Positions 20,064 through 31,595 of a DNA stretch of 64,000 nucleotides are shown here, one piece after another. The translations under genes and the position numbers were made by a program. The notes beneath the pieces are model-generated. The model had not been told where the DNA came from, searched no databases, and saw nothing but the letters and a program-made list of their open reading frames with translations. Origin of the DNA: Opitutia bacterium (lineage in GTDB: Bacteria > Verrucomicrobiota > Verrucomicrobiia > Opitutales > T3Sed10-336); the NCBI GenBank assembly GCA_050506795.1, contig JBJHCF010000017.1, forward strand, positions 26,919 to 90,918, in the 5' to 3' direction. Position 1 is the first letter of the stretch, and every line of letters starts with the position of its first letter.

Positions 20064-20384
20064 TTATTCCTGGTTTACCTTTTTGGCGAGGTTGCCCAGC
20101 TTGACTTCGAGCGATTTGATCCGGCTCTCAAGCTTCTGTAATTCGGCTTCGCTGACCGGTTTCTCCCGTTTCCACCACTCGCGGACGGCCTGGTGGACTT
20201 CATTGGTGGTCGATTCGAATTCCCGGCGGCTTTCTTCGACGATTTTTTCCGCCATTTTTTCCGCTTCGGTACGGGTCATTTTGCCTTGCTCCACCATCTC
20301 GTGAAGGATCTTCTGCACTTGTTCCTTGGTGGTGACGGTTGCGCCGATTCCGGCATAGACGGTTTTCTTAAGTATATCGAGCAT
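20064..20384 (-). CDS. Phasin-like / PHA granule-associated family small protein
   Basis: LKKTVYAGIGATVTTKE...VEQGKMTRTEAEK, C-terminal coiled coil; aaggagg RBS before MLDIL. Confidence 0.75.
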   Translation of the reverse strand: MLDILKKTVYAGIGATVTTKEQVQKILHEMVEQGKMTRTEAEKMAEKIVEESRREFESTTNEVHQAVREWWKREKPVSEAELQKLESRIKSLEVKLGNLAKKVNQE

Positions 20385-20500
20385 TTTTGCCTCCTTGGGG
20401 ACTTTCGTTTGGATTGGATACACTGTCGCCTAAAACGGATCCGTTTTCAAGCAATTGCTGATGGCAGGCTTGCGATTCGGGCGATTGCCCCGGGAAACGG

Positions 20501-21793
20501 TCAACCGGTGCCCGACGAATTCGTCTCCAGAGGAAGGTAGAGGGTGAAGGTGGTGCCTTCGTTGATCCGGGTACGCATGTGAACCGCGCCGCGGTTGCGC
20601 CTGATCAGCCGCGACACGATAGCCAAACCGAGGCCGGTGCCCTGGGAATCCCTTTTGGTGGTGAAATAGGGTTCGAAGATGTCGTTGATGATATCTGAAG
20701 GAATCCCCTTTCCAGTGTCGCTTATGGCGATGCCGATATAGGGACGGTCGGAAGACAGCACTTCGGCGTTAATGATGCGTTCTTCCGGGCCATCCTGGAA
20801 ATGCGCGGCTTCGGGCAGGTCGTCGAGTTTGAATGCCGACACTGAAACATGCTGTTGATCGGGCGAGCTTTGCAGGGAGTTGGTGACCAGGTTCAACAGG
20901 ATCTGCATCAGTTCGGAACTGTGGATGAAGACGGTGGCGTCTTCTTCGAGGCGGTTGACTTTGATGACCGCTTTTTTGACCGACGGGTGAACTTTGATCA
21001 GTTCCTCCAGATCCTGCAGGATGAGGTTGACGGAGATGAGTTGCCCCTCGGGTTTTTCGCGACGCAGCATTTCCAGGTGACGGTTGGAAATGCTGCAGCA
21101 GACGTTTACCTGCTGGGCAACGGTACTCATGTTTTCCCTGAATTCGTTGATTTCCTTGTTGCCCATTCCCGATGCCTCGGTCAAACGGTGCATCAGGATA
21201 TCGACGTAACCACGAATAATGGTCAGCGGGTTATTGATGTCGTGCAGCACGCCGGCGTAGACCTGCGTCGAGGTGCGGGCCATTTCCTCGCGCATCATGA
21301 CATTCTCAAGATCCGTTTGCAGGGTGTCGAGTTTGCGGACCGATTCGTTGTAGCTGAGCGCGATGCGGCGGTGTTCCATGGCGTTTTCCACCGCCGTTCT
21401 CATGGCTTTGACGTTAAAGGGTTTGCCGATGTAATCCCTCGCTCCCAGGCGCAGGGCCTGTCGCGCGGTTTCCAGGGTTTCGTACGCCGTCAGCATGATG
21501 ACTTCGATGTTGCGGTCGATCGCCTTCAAGCCGCGCAGCACATCCACTCCGGACATTCCCGACATGCGTATGTCGAGCACCGCGGCGTTGACGGGAGTGG
21601 TTTTGGCGATGGTCAGGGCCTCCTCACCAGACCTGGCCAGCACCACGTTGTAGCGGGATTCGAAAACGATTTTAAGAGATTCACGCGGACCCTCCTCGTC
21701 GTCGACTATCAGGAGGGTCTCTCGGTCGCAAACTGGGTCGGGCATGGCTCGCGTCCCTTCGGGTTGACTGATGAGTGATTCCGGAGCGTTCAT
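20501..21793 (-). CDS. Hybrid response regulator-histidine kinase (REC-HisKA-HATPase)
   Basis: LLIVDDEE, VLDIRMSG, KPF; HDINNPL, NLVTNS, DTGKGI, FEPYFTTK, GTGLGL. Confidence 0.92.
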   Translation of the reverse strand: MNAPESLISQPEGTRAMPDPVCDRETLLIVDDEEGPRESLKIVFESRYNVVLARSGEEALTIAKTTPVNAAVLDIRMSGMSGVDVLRGLKAIDRNIEVIMLTAYETLETARQALRLGARDYIGKPFNVKAMRTAVENAMEHRRIALSYNESVRKLDTLQTDLENVMMREEMARTSTQVYAGVLHDINNPLTIIRGYVDILMHRLTEASGMGNKEINEFRENMSTVAQQVNVCCSISNRHLEMLRREKPEGQLISVNLILQDLEELIKVHPSVKKAVIKVNRLEEDATVFIHSSELMQILLNLVTNSLQSSPDQQHVSVSAFKLDDLPEAAHFQDGPEERIINAEVLSSDRPYIGIAISDTGKGIPSDIINDIFEPYFTTKRDSQGTGLGLAIVSRLIRRNRGAVHMRTRINEGTTFTLYLPLETNSSGTG

Positions 21794-23805
21794 GATAATG
21801 GGAGACGTGTGCGTACGCCGTGAGCGCCGGCCTGTTCGTGGAGGATTTCCAGGCTGCCGCCGTGGGCGTGGATGATTTTTTCCGCGACGGTCAGGCCGAG
21901 GCCGATGCCGACATTGCGGGTGGTGAAGAAGGGCTTGACCGCATCCTGCGCCTCCTTCTCGGAAAACCCTTTGCCGCCGTCCAGAAAATCGATGGAAACG
22001 AATGTTTGCGAGCCGTTGACCTTCAGAAACTCGCTGGTGATGGTGATCTCCGCCCGATCTTCGCCCGACTGCAGCGCGTTGAGGAGGATTTCCATGTAGG
22101 CGTATTTCAGTGTGGAAAGGTCACCCCGGATTTCGCAGTCGTGGAACGGACTGCTCCAGTTGAGATCACCGGTGCGACCGCAGTAGGACCGGGCTTCTTC
22201 GAAAGCTTTGGCCAGCAGTGATTTAAGTGACGATGACGCATCCGTGCCATTACGGCTGCGCGAGAGCAGGAGCATTTGGTCGGCAAAGCGGGAAATCCGG
22301 TTGATCTGCCGGCCCATGGTTTTGTTCAGTGACGAGCGGAATCCGTCCTTGTCAAAATCACTGTCTAAAAGCTGATGGTGTGTGCTCAGAGGCACCAGGG
22401 CGTTGCGAATTTCATGGGCGAAGCGTTCGGCGATCAGGGCGATGGTTTGGGCGTTCTGGGTCTCCAGTTCCATCTGTTTGGCCTTCTCAACCTGGGTGAA
22501 GTCCTCCATCAACATCATGGTGGCCGTCTCGTTATGGCCGCGGCGCGTTTGCAGCGGGAAGATGGAAATGCGGAAGATCCGATTATCTCCGGGAAAATCG
22601 CTGAACATGAACGGCTCCACACTCTTCCCGTGCTGAACAACGTCGTAGATCCGACTGGCGATTTTGGTCGGAAGGTCGGAAAATTCCACCCGCCGCCCAG
22701 GCTTCTTTTGCAGATACTCGACCAGTGCGGGATTGGCATGCAGCACCATGAGTTCCTGTGAGATGACCAGACAGCCGCTCCTGAACTGGCTGATGACATC
22801 AGAGATCAGTTCGTGGTTGCTGGAGAGTTCTTCGTGCAGACGGTTGTTGCGCACCGCCAGCCCGAGTTCCTCCATCAGGTGGAAAAGCAGCTGCAGTTCC
22901 TCGTCGGTAAACTGCGCTCCGGTAAGGCGGCCGCCCAGCAAAGCCACGCCGAGGCAACGTTCCCGGTCGACAATGGGAATCGCCACCTGGCAGCCGAGAA
23001 CTTCGAACTCATGTCTCGTTTCTTCATCCTGGCGGATGAGAAGGTTGTTGTCGAAATCGGCTTTGAGGATTTGGCCGCTGCGGGCCACCGTGCCGCCGAT
23101 ACCGCTGTTGAGGTTGAGTTGAAAATATTGAAACAGGTCGATCTCGATGCCGATTGAGCACACGCAATCCAGGCGGGTGTCCTCCTGCGCCGAAGTGATG
23201 CCGGAGAAAGGCGCGGCCGGTTTGCGCAGGAGAATGGCGATGCGATTGACGCTGATGATTTCCCGCAGCTTCAGGCTGAACTGGTGGACGAACGATTTCA
23301 GGTCCAGGGAGTAGGAAAGAATCCGCGAAAAATCCCGCATAATCTCGAGGGCGGAGGCGGGAAGGTTTTCCCCCCGAACGTTGGTCGGCCCCGGACGAAG
23401 GAAAATCGAACTTCCGCTTTCAATCGGCGGCGGAAGGGCCTTTTCCCTCCCGGAAAGTTGTCGTTCCAGAATCTTCTGCAGCAGAGCGCCGCGCAGCGGC
23501 TTACGCAGAATAAAGTCAGCCCCGCGAATGCAGGCATCCTCTTCCCATTGCCGGTCGTCGTTGTCGGAGCAGAGGAGGAGCGAAATCGATGGCGCCGCCT
23601 CGCGGATCTGTTTTACCGTATCGAGGGCTGAAACCGGGTCCGATCCGGCATCGACAATGCACACTTTTGGAATCGCCGCTTTTAGCAAAGTAAAAGCTTT
23701 CGACGGCTCCTGGCAGGGATACAGACGAAAGTTTTTCTCGGACAGTACCACCCGCAACGACTCTGTAAATTCATTGCTTTCGGTTATGACGAGAATGTGC
23801 ACCAT
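21790..23805 (-). CDS. Sensor histidine kinase with atypical REC, GAF and PAS-like domains
   Basis: REC-like N-terminus (CIVD...GADFILRKPL), GAF (VAIPIVDRERCLGV...FTDEELQLL), AHEIRNAL, PFFTTRNVGIGLGL; ATGA overlap with next gene. Confidence 0.88.
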   Translation of the reverse strand: MVHILVITESNEFTESLRVVLSEKNFRLYPCQEPSKAFTLLKAAIPKVCIVDAGSDPVSALDTVKQIREAAPSISLLLCSDNDDRQWEEDACIRGADFILRKPLRGALLQKILERQLSGREKALPPPIESGSSIFLRPGPTNVRGENLPASALEIMRDFSRILSYSLDLKSFVHQFSLKLREIISVNRIAILLRKPAAPFSGITSAQEDTRLDCVCSIGIEIDLFQYFQLNLNSGIGGTVARSGQILKADFDNNLLIRQDEETRHEFEVLGCQVAIPIVDRERCLGVALLGGRLTGAQFTDEELQLLFHLMEELGLAVRNNRLHEELSSNHELISDVISQFRSGCLVISQELMVLHANPALVEYLQKKPGRRVEFSDLPTKIASRIYDVVQHGKSVEPFMFSDFPGDNRIFRISIFPLQTRRGHNETATMMLMEDFTQVEKAKQMELETQNAQTIALIAERFAHEIRNALVPLSTHHQLLDSDFDKDGFRSSLNKTMGRQINRISRFADQMLLLSRSRNGTDASSSLKSLLAKAFEEARSYCGRTGDLNWSSPFHDCEIRGDLSTLKYAYMEILLNALQSGEDRAEITITSEFLKVNGSQTFVSIDFLDGGKGFSEKEAQDAVKPFFTTRNVGIGLGLTVAEKIIHAHGGSLEILHEQAGAHGVRTRLPLS

Positions 23806-23889
23806 TTTGTTTAGCTACGATAACCCAAGTAAGGTTCTATAAGATATTCTAAGAGTGTGCAACCTTTGAGGCGCATGTTACAGGAAAGT

Positions 23890-25128
23890 TTATTTTACCG
23901 TTCGAAAGACGAGACATGACGTATGTTTGTCGAATCCGGCGTTGAGGCTTACCGCCACGTTGACGGGGAATGCGCGTCCGTTTCCGGTCACGTAATCGAG
24001 ATCGCAGGACGGATCGGGCTCCTGCAGGTTGATGGTCGGAGGGACGCCATGTCGCTCGATTGCCAGGGCGCAGATCGCGGCCTCCAGGGAACCCGCGGCA
24101 CCGGCCCAGTGGCCGGTGACGGGTTTGGTGGCGCTGATCTGGAGACGGTGGGCGTCTTCTCTGAAGCATCGTTTTAGGGCCGAAGTTTCCTCGATGTCGT
24201 CGTCGGCGGTGGCGATTCCGTTGGCGTTGAGATAATCGACCTCGTGTGGCGCCACGCCGGCCCGGCGCAGAGCGATATTCAAGGATTCGAATGGGGCGGG
24301 GGATCCGGCAGGCGCCGATCGGGAATCCATGCTATGCGCATATTCCAGAATCTCAGCGTAGATTCTTGCGCCGCGGGCGCGCGCGGCGGACAGTTCCTCG
24401 ATCACCAGAAACGCGGCGCCTTCTCCCAGGATGAAGCCGTCGCGGTCCCGGGAAAATGGTTTCATTGCCCGCTCCGGATGCTCGGACTCCCGACTCATCA
24501 GACCGGAGGCGGAAAAGACGCCCCAGAAATCGGGAATGATCGGGGTGTCTGCTGCGCCGGCGAGGACCCAGTCGGCGTCGTCGTTGCGAATGAGATTGAG
24601 GGCTTGCCCCAGTGCTTCAGTCCCGTTCCCGCACCGGGAGGAGATTGTCATGGCCCGGGCGCGCAGGTTCATTTCCAGCGTGATTGCCGCCGCACCTCCT
24701 TCCGCGCGGGCGTTAAGAAAGGCCAGTGGGTCTCGTTTGGGCGGGTGGGTTCCGTTAATGTGTTCCTTGGGCTGGGGCAATGGATTGGCATGGCCGGCGG
24801 GGGCACAAGCGATCACCGCCGGTCGAAGTGGGGCGATGGCGGCGGCGGTGCAACCGGAGTCCTCGGTCGCCAGTCGCGCTGCCGCCACCGCGTACTGGGC
24901 GGCGAGAGAGTAGCCGTTGGCGGAACAGGATGAAAGGAATTCGGCGGGTGCGAATCCTTGGACGGTACAGGCCACTTTCGAGGGAAGCCCTGTGGTGTCG
25001 ATGCGATCCACCAGCGAGGCGCTGCTGCGGCCGACCATCAGGTTGTCCCAAAAAGTGTTCAAATCGAATCCGTTTCCGGAAACCAGGCCTATTCCGGTGA
25101 TAACGGCTCTACGCTGTGGGAATTGCAT
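23890..25128 (-). CDS. Beta-ketoacyl-ACP synthase II (FabF)-like protein with altered active site
   Basis: RAVITGIG, KPFSRDRDGFILGEGA, ARGARIYAE, ATKPVTGH, PPTINL; Cys in SSRCGNG; NANG instead of NAHG. Confidence 0.85.
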   Translation of the reverse strand: MQFPQRRAVITGIGLVSGNGFDLNTFWDNLMVGRSSASLVDRIDTTGLPSKVACTVQGFAPAEFLSSCSANGYSLAAQYAVAAARLATEDSGCTAAAIAPLRPAVIACAPAGHANPLPQPKEHINGTHPPKRDPLAFLNARAEGGAAAITLEMNLRARAMTISSRCGNGTEALGQALNLIRNDDADWVLAGAADTPIIPDFWGVFSASGLMSRESEHPERAMKPFSRDRDGFILGEGAAFLVIEELSAARARGARIYAEILEYAHSMDSRSAPAGSPAPFESLNIALRRAGVAPHEVDYLNANGIATADDDIEETSALKRCFREDAHRLQISATKPVTGHWAGAAGSLEAAICALAIERHGVPPTINLQEPDPSCDLDYVTGNGRAFPVNVAVSLNAGFDKHTSCLVFRTVK

Positions 25129-25293
25129 GTGTTCGATCGTCCAGGTTCAGTCTCCTCGTTCCTGGGGCCCGGTGCGCCGATTGACGTGAACCGTATGGCT
25201 TTAATCCCAGAACAGATTGTATTCGATAAAACGTGCCGGCGGAAAGGCCAGCCAATTCATTCCCGGAACGTAGGGTGGGGGAATCCCTGATGT

Positions 25294-25373
25294 GCGGCCG
25301 CGATGGTGCCTCAAGCGGGCGCGATGGCGCCTCAAAAAAAACAGTTGCATGCGGGTGACTCCCTTTTATGCAA
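25294..25373 (+). promoter_or_regulatory. 21-bp tandem direct repeat plus TTGCAT-N17-ATGCAA upstream of gltB
   Basis: 25294-25314 and 25315-25335 are 19/21 identical; ttgcat at 25345, atgcaa at 25368. Confidence 0.45.
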
Positions 25374-25383
25374 TCTTATCCTT

Positions 25384-28300
25384 ATGCGTACGGAATCTCA
25401 TACACGTCCCGGTTGGCCGGAACCGCAGGGCCTTTACGATCCTTCCCATGAGAAGGACGCTTGCGGCATTGGTTTTGTCTGTCACGTCAAGGGCGTTCCA
25501 TCCCATGACCTGATCCAGCACGCTTTGAAAATCCTGGTCAATTTGGATCACCGGGGCGCTTGCGGTTGCGAACCGAATACCGGAGACGGCGCCGGCATCC
25601 TTATGCAGATGCCGCATGAGTTTTTCCAAAAGGTTCTTCCCGGTGCGCACATCGATAATCTCCCCGAAGCCGGGTGCTACGGGGCGGGCCTGGTTTTTCT
25701 GCCTCGCGATCCGGAGTTGAGGAGGCACTGCGAAAAGAAGGTCGAAGAAATCGTCGCCGCCTGCGGCCAGGAGTTCATCGGCTGGCGGACCGTGCCGACC
25801 CGTAATTTCGAACTGGGATCCACCGCGGTGTCCTATGAGCCGGTCATTCGGCAGATGTTTGTCGGTCGCAACCCGGATCTTGAAAACGACTGGGATTTCG
25901 AACGCAAGCTCTACGTTATCCGGCGCGTCTGCTCGGCGGCTTTGCGTTACGGCAACGAAAAGACGGGCGACTTTTTCTACATTCCGAGCTTAAGCGCCCG
26001 GACTTTGATCTACAAGGGAATGCTCACCCCCATCCAGGTGGAGAGCTATTTCTCGGACTTGGGCGATCCGGCCATGAAAACGGCCCTGGCGCTCGTGCAT
26101 TCGCGCTTTTCCACCAACACGTTTCCGAGTTGGGAACGCGCCCAGCCGTTCCGCTACGTCTCACACAACGGCGAGATCAACACCTTGCGCGGAAACGAGA
26201 ACTGGATGCTGGCCAACCAGTGCGTCCTCAACAGCGAGCTTTTCGGCGACGACCTGAAGCGACTGCTCCCCATCGTCCGCGAGGACGGTTCGGATTCCGC
26301 CAAGTTCGATAACGTGCTGGAGTTTCTCACTCTCGCCGGACGTCCCATTCACCATGCCATTCTCATGATGATTCCCGAGCCCTGGGCCAATCATGAGAGC
26401 ATGAGTGATGAGTTGAAGGCATTTTACGAATACCACGCCTGTCTGATGGAGCCCTGGGATGGACCCGCTTCCATCGCCTTTACCGACGGACTTCGCATCG
26501 GCGCCATTCTCGATCGCAACGGGTTGCGTCCCTCCCGCTATTACGTCACCCGTGACGATTTGGTTATCATGGCCTCGGAAGCCGGCGTTCTCGACCACAT
26601 TCCGGCCGAGTCAGTCAAGGTCAAAGGCCGCCTTCAGCCGGGCCGTATGTTCTTCGTGGATATGGATCAGGGCCGGATTATCGAGGACGAGGAGATCAAG
26701 AATGAACTTGCATCGGCTCACCCTTACCGCGAGTGGCTGAGCAAGCATCTCGTCGATATCAAGAGCCTGCCCGCGCCGCAGGAGTTTTACGGGGTGGATC
26801 ATTCAACGGTGGTGCGCCGGCAACGGGCATTCGGGTACACCTACGAGGAACTGCGCATGATCATCGGTCCCATGAGCAAGACCGGTATCGAGCCGGTGGG
26901 GTCCATGGGGAACGACGCCGCGCTGGCGGTGCTCTCCGACCGGCCCCAGTTGCTCTACAATTATTTCAAGCAGCTCTTTGCCCAGGTCACCAACCCGCCT
27001 ATCGACTCCATTCGCGAGGAAATCGTCACGTCCACCGTCACTTACCTCGGTTCGGAATCGAACCTGATCAACCCGACCGAAACCAGTTGCCGTCAGATCA
27101 AGCTGGACAACCCGATCCTGGACAACGAGGACCTCGAACGTTTGCGCCGGGTCAGCCGGCCGGGTTTCCAGGCCGTTACGCTGCCGATTCTCTTCCCCGG
27201 GGATACCGGGGGCGTGGGATTGGAACGCGGGTTGAACAAGCTCTACCGCGCCGCGGACCAGGCGGTGGCCGACGGCGCCAATATTCTCATTCTATCCGAT
27301 CGCGGGGTGGACGATGACTATGCGCCGATTCCCGCCCTGCTGGCGGTTTCCGGCCTGCACCATCATCTGATACGCAGGGGAACGCGCACCCGTTGCGCAC
27401 TGGTTCTCGAGTCCGGCGAGCCGCGCGAAGTGCATCACTTCGCCAGCCTCATCGGTTATGGCGCCAGCGCCATCAACCCGTACCTGGCGTACGAGTCCCT
27501 CTACGACATGATCGAAGAGGGGATGATCGACAACGATTTCGAGACCGCGGTCAGGAATTTCAACAAGGCTGCGGTTAAAGGCGTGGTGAAAACCATGTCC
27601 AAGATGGGCATTTCCACCGTCCAAAGCTATTGCGGCGCGCAGATTTTCGAGGCCGTGGGATTAAAAAAGGCTTTTGTTGACCGCTACTTCACCCGGACCT
27701 CCACCAAAGTGGAAGGCATCGGTCTCGAAGAGGTGGCCAGGGAGGCATCGGCCCGGCACCGCAAAGCCTATCCGGACCGGGACACCAAGGACGACGGTGC
27801 GCTCGATTCGGGCGGTCTTTACGCCTGGAGGTCCAACGGGGAGGCTCACCTTTTTAATCCCCGGACGATTCACCTGCTGCAGGCCTCCACCCGCGAAGGG
27901 GATTACGCCAAGTTCAAGGAGTATTCTCAGAGCATCAACGATCAGACTCGCGACCTCCTGACCCTGCGGGGTATGATGCGCTTCAAGTCCGATCCGTCGC
28001 GTGCGATTCCCATCGAGGAGGTCGAGTCAGTGGACGACATCGTCAAGCGTTTCAAGACCGGCGCAATGTCCTACGGCTCCATTTCCAAGGAAGCCCATGA
28101 GGCGTTGGCGATCGCTATGAATCGCATCGGCGGCAAGAGCAATACCGGTGAGGGTGGCGAGGATCCGGACCGTTACGTGATCGAGGTCAACGGTGATTCC
28201 CGCAACAGCGCTATCAAGCAGGTGGCCAGCGGCCGTTTCGGGGTCAGTATCTATTACCTGAATCAGGCCCGGGAAATTCAGATCAAAATCTCCCAGGGCG

Positions 28301-30012
28301 CCAAGCCGGGCGAAGGCGGTCAGCTGCCCGGACATAAGGTTTTTCCGGACATCGCCAAGGTTCGCGGGACCACCGCGGGGGTTGGCTTGATTTCGCCTCC
28401 GCCGCACCACGATATTTATTCCATCGAGGACCTTGCCGAGTTGATTCATGACCTGAAGAACGCCAATCGCGACGCCCGCATCACCGTCAAGCTGGTCTCG
28501 CTCGCCGGAGTCGGCACCATCGCCGCCGGTGTGGCCAAGGCGCACGCCGACACCATTCTGATTTCCGGCTATGATGGCGGCACAGGCGCGTCGCCGCTGT
28601 CCAGCCTGATCCACGCCGGAACCCCCTGGGAACTGGGCCTGGCCGAAACCAACCAGACCTTGTTGCTCAACGATCTACGCAGCCGGGTTTACCTGGAATG
28701 CGACGGGCAGTTGAAGACCGGACGCGACGTTGCGATCGCCTGTTTGTTGGGCGCGGAGGAGTTTGGATTCGCCACCGCTCCGCTGGTGACATTGGGGTGC
28801 ATCATGATGCGCGCCTGCCACAAGAACACCTGCCCGGTCGGCATCGCGACTCAAAACCCCGTCCTGCGCAAGAAGTACATGGGCGACCCGAACAACGTGG
28901 TCAATTTCATGCGCTTCATCGCTCAGGAAATGCGCGAGATCATGGCGGAACTCGGATTCCGCACCATCAACGAAATGGTGGGACGTTCCGATTTTCTGGA
29001 AATGACAAAGAGCGCCGAGCACCAGAAGGCCGGCCAGCTCGATTTCTCCCGGATCTTCGCCCGACCGAAAGTCAAGCCCGGCGTCGGCACCTATCGCCAG
29101 AAGGAGCAGGATCACGGTCTGGATCACTCGCTCGATATCACCAAACTTCTGGCCATCTGCAAGCCCGCTCTGGAAAAGGGCGAGCCGGTGCGGGAGACCC
29201 TGCCGATTCTCAATGTCAACCGTGTGGTCGGCACCATTCTGGGCAGCGAGGTCACCCGGCGCTATGGGATGGAGGGACTGCCGGAGGATACCATCCACCT
29301 GAAATTCGAGGGTTCCGCCGGTCAAAGTTTCGGCGCGTTCATTCCGCGGGGAATGACCCTGGAACTGGAAGGCGATGCCAACGACTATGTGGGCAAGGGC
29401 CTTTCGGGCGGCAAGATCATTGTCTATCCCCCGCGCCAGGCCACCTTCCGGCCGGAGGAGAACATGATCGCCGGCAACGTCGCTTTCTACGGGGCCACCG
29501 AGGGGGAAGCATACCTGTATGGAATGGCCGGGGAGCGCTTCCTGGTACGGAATTCCGGTGTTCGTGCGGTCGTCGAGTCGATCGGGGATCACGGCTGCGA
29601 ATACATGACCGGCGGACGCGCGGTCATTCTGGGTCCGACCGGTCGCAACTTCGGCGCCGGGATGTCGGGCGGCATCGCCTACGTGCTGGATCTGGACGGC
29701 GGTTTTGCCCGCCGCTGCAACACGCAAATGGCCAATGTCTACGAGTTGATCGAATCCGACGAGGAGGAGATCGCCGAGGTCAGGGGCATGATCGAGCGGT
29801 ACGTGAAATACACCGGCTCGCGGCACGGTCAGGAGATTCTCGACAGTTGGAAATCCGTGTTACCGAAGTTCAAACGCTTCCTGCCCAAGGATTTCGAACG
29901 CATGCTCAATGCGTTTCAGGAAGTCTCCAAATCGGGCCTCTCCGGCGATGACGCCGTCATGGCCGCCTTTGAAGCCAATACGCAGGACGTGACGCGTGTG
30001 GGCGGCAACTAA
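25384..30012 (+). CDS. gltB: Glutamate synthase large subunit
   Basis: EKDACGIGF (Ntn Cys), [53 protein letters not shown]-terminal domain. Confidence 0.98.
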   Translation: MRTESHTRPGWPEPQGLYDPSHEKDACGIGFVCHVKGVPSHDLIQHALKILVNLDHRGACGCEPNTGDGAGILMQMPHEFFQKVLPGAHIDNLPEAGCYGAGLVFLPRDPELRRHCEKKVEEIVAACGQEFIGWRTVPTRNFELGSTAVSYEPVIRQMFVGRNPDLENDWDFERKLYVIRRVCSAALRYGNEKTGDFFYIPSLSARTLIYKGMLTPIQVESYFSDLGDPAMKTALALVHSRFSTNTFPSWERAQPFRYVSHNGEINTLRGNENWMLANQCVLNSELFGDDLKRLLPIVREDGSDSAKFDNVLEFLTLAGRPIHHAILMMIPEPWANHESMSDELKAFYEYHACLMEPWDGPASIAFTDGLRIGAILDRNGLRPSRYYVTRDDLVIMASEAGVLDHIPAESVKVKGRLQPGRMFFVDMDQGRIIEDEEIKNELASAHPYREWLSKHLVDIKSLPAPQEFYGVDHSTVVRRQRAFGYTYEELRMIIGPMSKTGIEPVGSMGNDAALAVLSDRPQLLYNYFKQLFAQVTNPPIDSIREEIVTSTVTYLGSESNLINPTETSCRQIKLDNPILDNEDLERLRRVSRPGFQAVTLPILFPGDTGGVGLERGLNKLYRAADQAVADGANILILSDRGVDDDYAPIPALLAVSGLHHHLIRRGTRTRCALVLESGEPREVHHFASLIGYGASAINPYLAYESLYDMIEEGMIDNDFETAVRNFNKAAVKGVVKTMSKMGISTVQSYCGAQIFEAVGLKKAFVDRYFTRTSTKVEGIGLEEVAREASARHRKAYPDRDTKDDGALDSGGLYAWRSNGEAHLFNPRTIHLLQASTREGDYAKFKEYSQSINDQTRDLLTLRGMMRFKSDPSRAIPIEEVESVDDIVKRFKTGAMSYGSISKEAHEALAIAMNRIGGKSNTGEGGEDPDRYVIEVNGDSRNSAIKQVASGRFGVSIYYLNQAREIQIKISQGAKPGEGGQLPGHKVFPDIAKVRGTTAGVGLISPPPHHDIYSIEDLAELIHDLKNANRDARITVKLVSLAGVGTIAAGVAKAHADTILISGYDGGTGASPLSSLIHAGTPWELGLAETNQTLLLNDLRSRVYLECDGQLKTGRDVAIACLLGAEEFGFATAPLVTLGCIMMRACHKNTCPVGIATQNPVLRKKYMGDPNNVVNFMRFIAQEMREIMAELGFRTINEMVGRSDFLEMTKSAEHQKAGQLDFSRIFARPKVKPGVGTYRQKEQDHGLDHSLDITKLLAICKPALEKGEPVRETLPILNVNRVVGTILGSEVTRRYGMEGLPEDTIHLKFEGSAGQSFGAFIPRGMTLELEGDANDYVGKGLSGGKIIVYPPRQATFRPEENMIAGNVAFYGATEGEAYLYGMAGERFLVRNSGVRAVVESIGDHGCEYMTGGRAVILGPTGRNFGAGMSGGIAYVLDLDGGFARRCNTQMANVYELIESDEEEIAEVRGMIERYVKYTGSRHGQEILDSWKSVLPKFKRFLPKDFERMLNAFQEVSKSGLSGDDAVMAAFEANTQDVTRVGGN

Positions 30013-30069
30013 AGGCGCTCTGCCGAAACGTCGATTTATACAAGACCACCTTCAAGCTAAGCGATTGCT

Positions 30070-31563
30070 ATGGGAAAACTAACCGGATTTCTGGAATACC
30101 AGCGCGAACTTCCGACCGACAGGGAACCAACGGAGCGGATCAAGGATTGGAAGGAATTCCACCACCCGATGCCGGAGGAGAAGCTGCGCGAACAGGGCGC
30201 CCGCTGCATGGATTGCGGCGTCCCTTTCTGCCATACGGGCACCACCATGAAGGGGCTCGCGGTCGGATGTCCGATCAACAACCTGATCCCGGAGTGGAAC
30301 GACCTGGTGTATAACAACCTCTGGGAGGAAGCTCTGGAGCGTCTGCACAAGACCAACAACTTCCCGGAATTCACCGGCCGCGTCTGTCCGGCGCCCTGCG
30401 AGAGTTCCTGTGTGTTGGGGATTACCGATCCGCCGGTCGCCATCAAGAGCATCGAGCAGGCTATTGTCGACCGGGGTTGGAGCGAGGGCTGGATCAAACC
30501 GACGCTGCCCGAGGAGCGGACGGGATACAAGATCGCCGTGGTCGGATCCGGTCCCGCGGGACTGGCGGCGGCCGATCAGCTGAATAAAGCCGGCCATAGC
30601 GTGACGGTTTACGAGCGAGCCGATCGCATCGGCGGTTTGCTCATGTACGGAATCCCCAACATGAAGCTCGACAAGGAAGAAGTGGTCCGGCGGCGGGTCG
30701 AGCTGATGGAGGCCGAAGGGGTCAAGTTCGTGACCAACTGCAATATCGGAGTCGACATTCCCGCACGTCAGTTGCGCAAGGACAACGACGCCGTGCTCCT
30801 GTGCTGCGGGGCGACCAAGCCGAGGAACCTGGAGGTGCCGGGACGAAATCTCAAGGGCGTGCACTTCGCCATGGAATTTCTGCACGACAATACCAAGGCG
30901 CTTCTCGATCATGATTTCGAGGAAGGCCACCAGAGCATTTCCGCCACGGACAAGAATGTTATCGTTATCGGCGGCGGTGACACCGGGACCGATTGCGTGG
31001 CCACTTCCATGCGCCAGGGCTGCAAGACCCTCCTGCAACTCGAGATTATGCCGCGTCCTCCGCAAGCGCGCGCCGACGACAATCCGTGGCCGGAATGGGC
31101 CAAAGTCTACAAACTCGATTACGGTCAGGAGGAGGCCAAGGCCGTCTTCGGCGAGGATCCCCGCGAGTACCTGGTGACCGCCAAGCGGTTTGTCGGCGAC
31201 GAAGACGGCAACCTTCAGGAAATCGAACTGGTCGGGGTCGAGTGGAAAAAGGACGAAAACGGCCGTATGAGCCTGCACGAAGTCAAAGGCAGCAACCGCA
31301 CCATTCCGGCGCAACTGGTGCTTCTGGCGATGGGATTTCTCGGACCCGAGCAAATCATCATCGACCAGCTCGAACTCGAACAGGACGGTCGCAGCAACGT
31401 GAAGGCCGAGCACGGCAAATACGCCACCAACGCCGATGGGGTTTTCGCCGCCGGGGACATGCGCCGAGGGCAAAGCCTTGTCGTCTGGGCCATCAATGAA
31501 GGCCGTGGCGCCGCCCGCGAGATCGACCGTTTTCTCGTTGGCCGCACTCAGCTTCCGGGTTGA
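30070..31563 (+). CDS. gltD: Glutamate synthase small subunit
   Basis: [48 protein letters not shown]. Confidence 0.98.
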   Translation: MGKLTGFLEYQRELPTDREPTERIKDWKEFHHPMPEEKLREQGARCMDCGVPFCHTGTTMKGLAVGCPINNLIPEWNDLVYNNLWEEALERLHKTNNFPEFTGRVCPAPCESSCVLGITDPPVAIKSIEQAIVDRGWSEGWIKPTLPEERTGYKIAVVGSGPAGLAAADQLNKAGHSVTVYERADRIGGLLMYGIPNMKLDKEEVVRRRVELMEAEGVKFVTNCNIGVDIPARQLRKDNDAVLLCCGATKPRNLEVPGRNLKGVHFAMEFLHDNTKALLDHDFEEGHQSISATDKNVIVIGGGDTGTDCVATSMRQGCKTLLQLEIMPRPPQARADDNPWPEWAKVYKLDYGQEEAKAVFGEDPREYLVTAKRFVGDEDGNLQEIELVGVEWKKDENGRMSLHEVKGSNRTIPAQLVLLAMGFLGPEQIIIDQLELEQDGRSNVKAEHGKYATNADGVFAAGDMRRGQSLVVWAINEGRGAAREIDRFLVGRTQLPG

Positions 31564-31595
31564 AACGGGAACTTTAAGGTTTCAGGTTGAAAAGC

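Noticed and set aside
28698..29951. 417-aa alternative-frame ORF inside gltB
   Set aside because: Arg/Gly/Pro-rich frame-shifted shadow with no RBS or family signal.
30079..31473. Long antisense ORFs (464 aa here; also 41884-43581, 33336-34760, 39067-40386, 18685-19764, 51301-52428)
   Set aside because: Shadow frames of well-supported genes in high-GC DNA, with no motifs.
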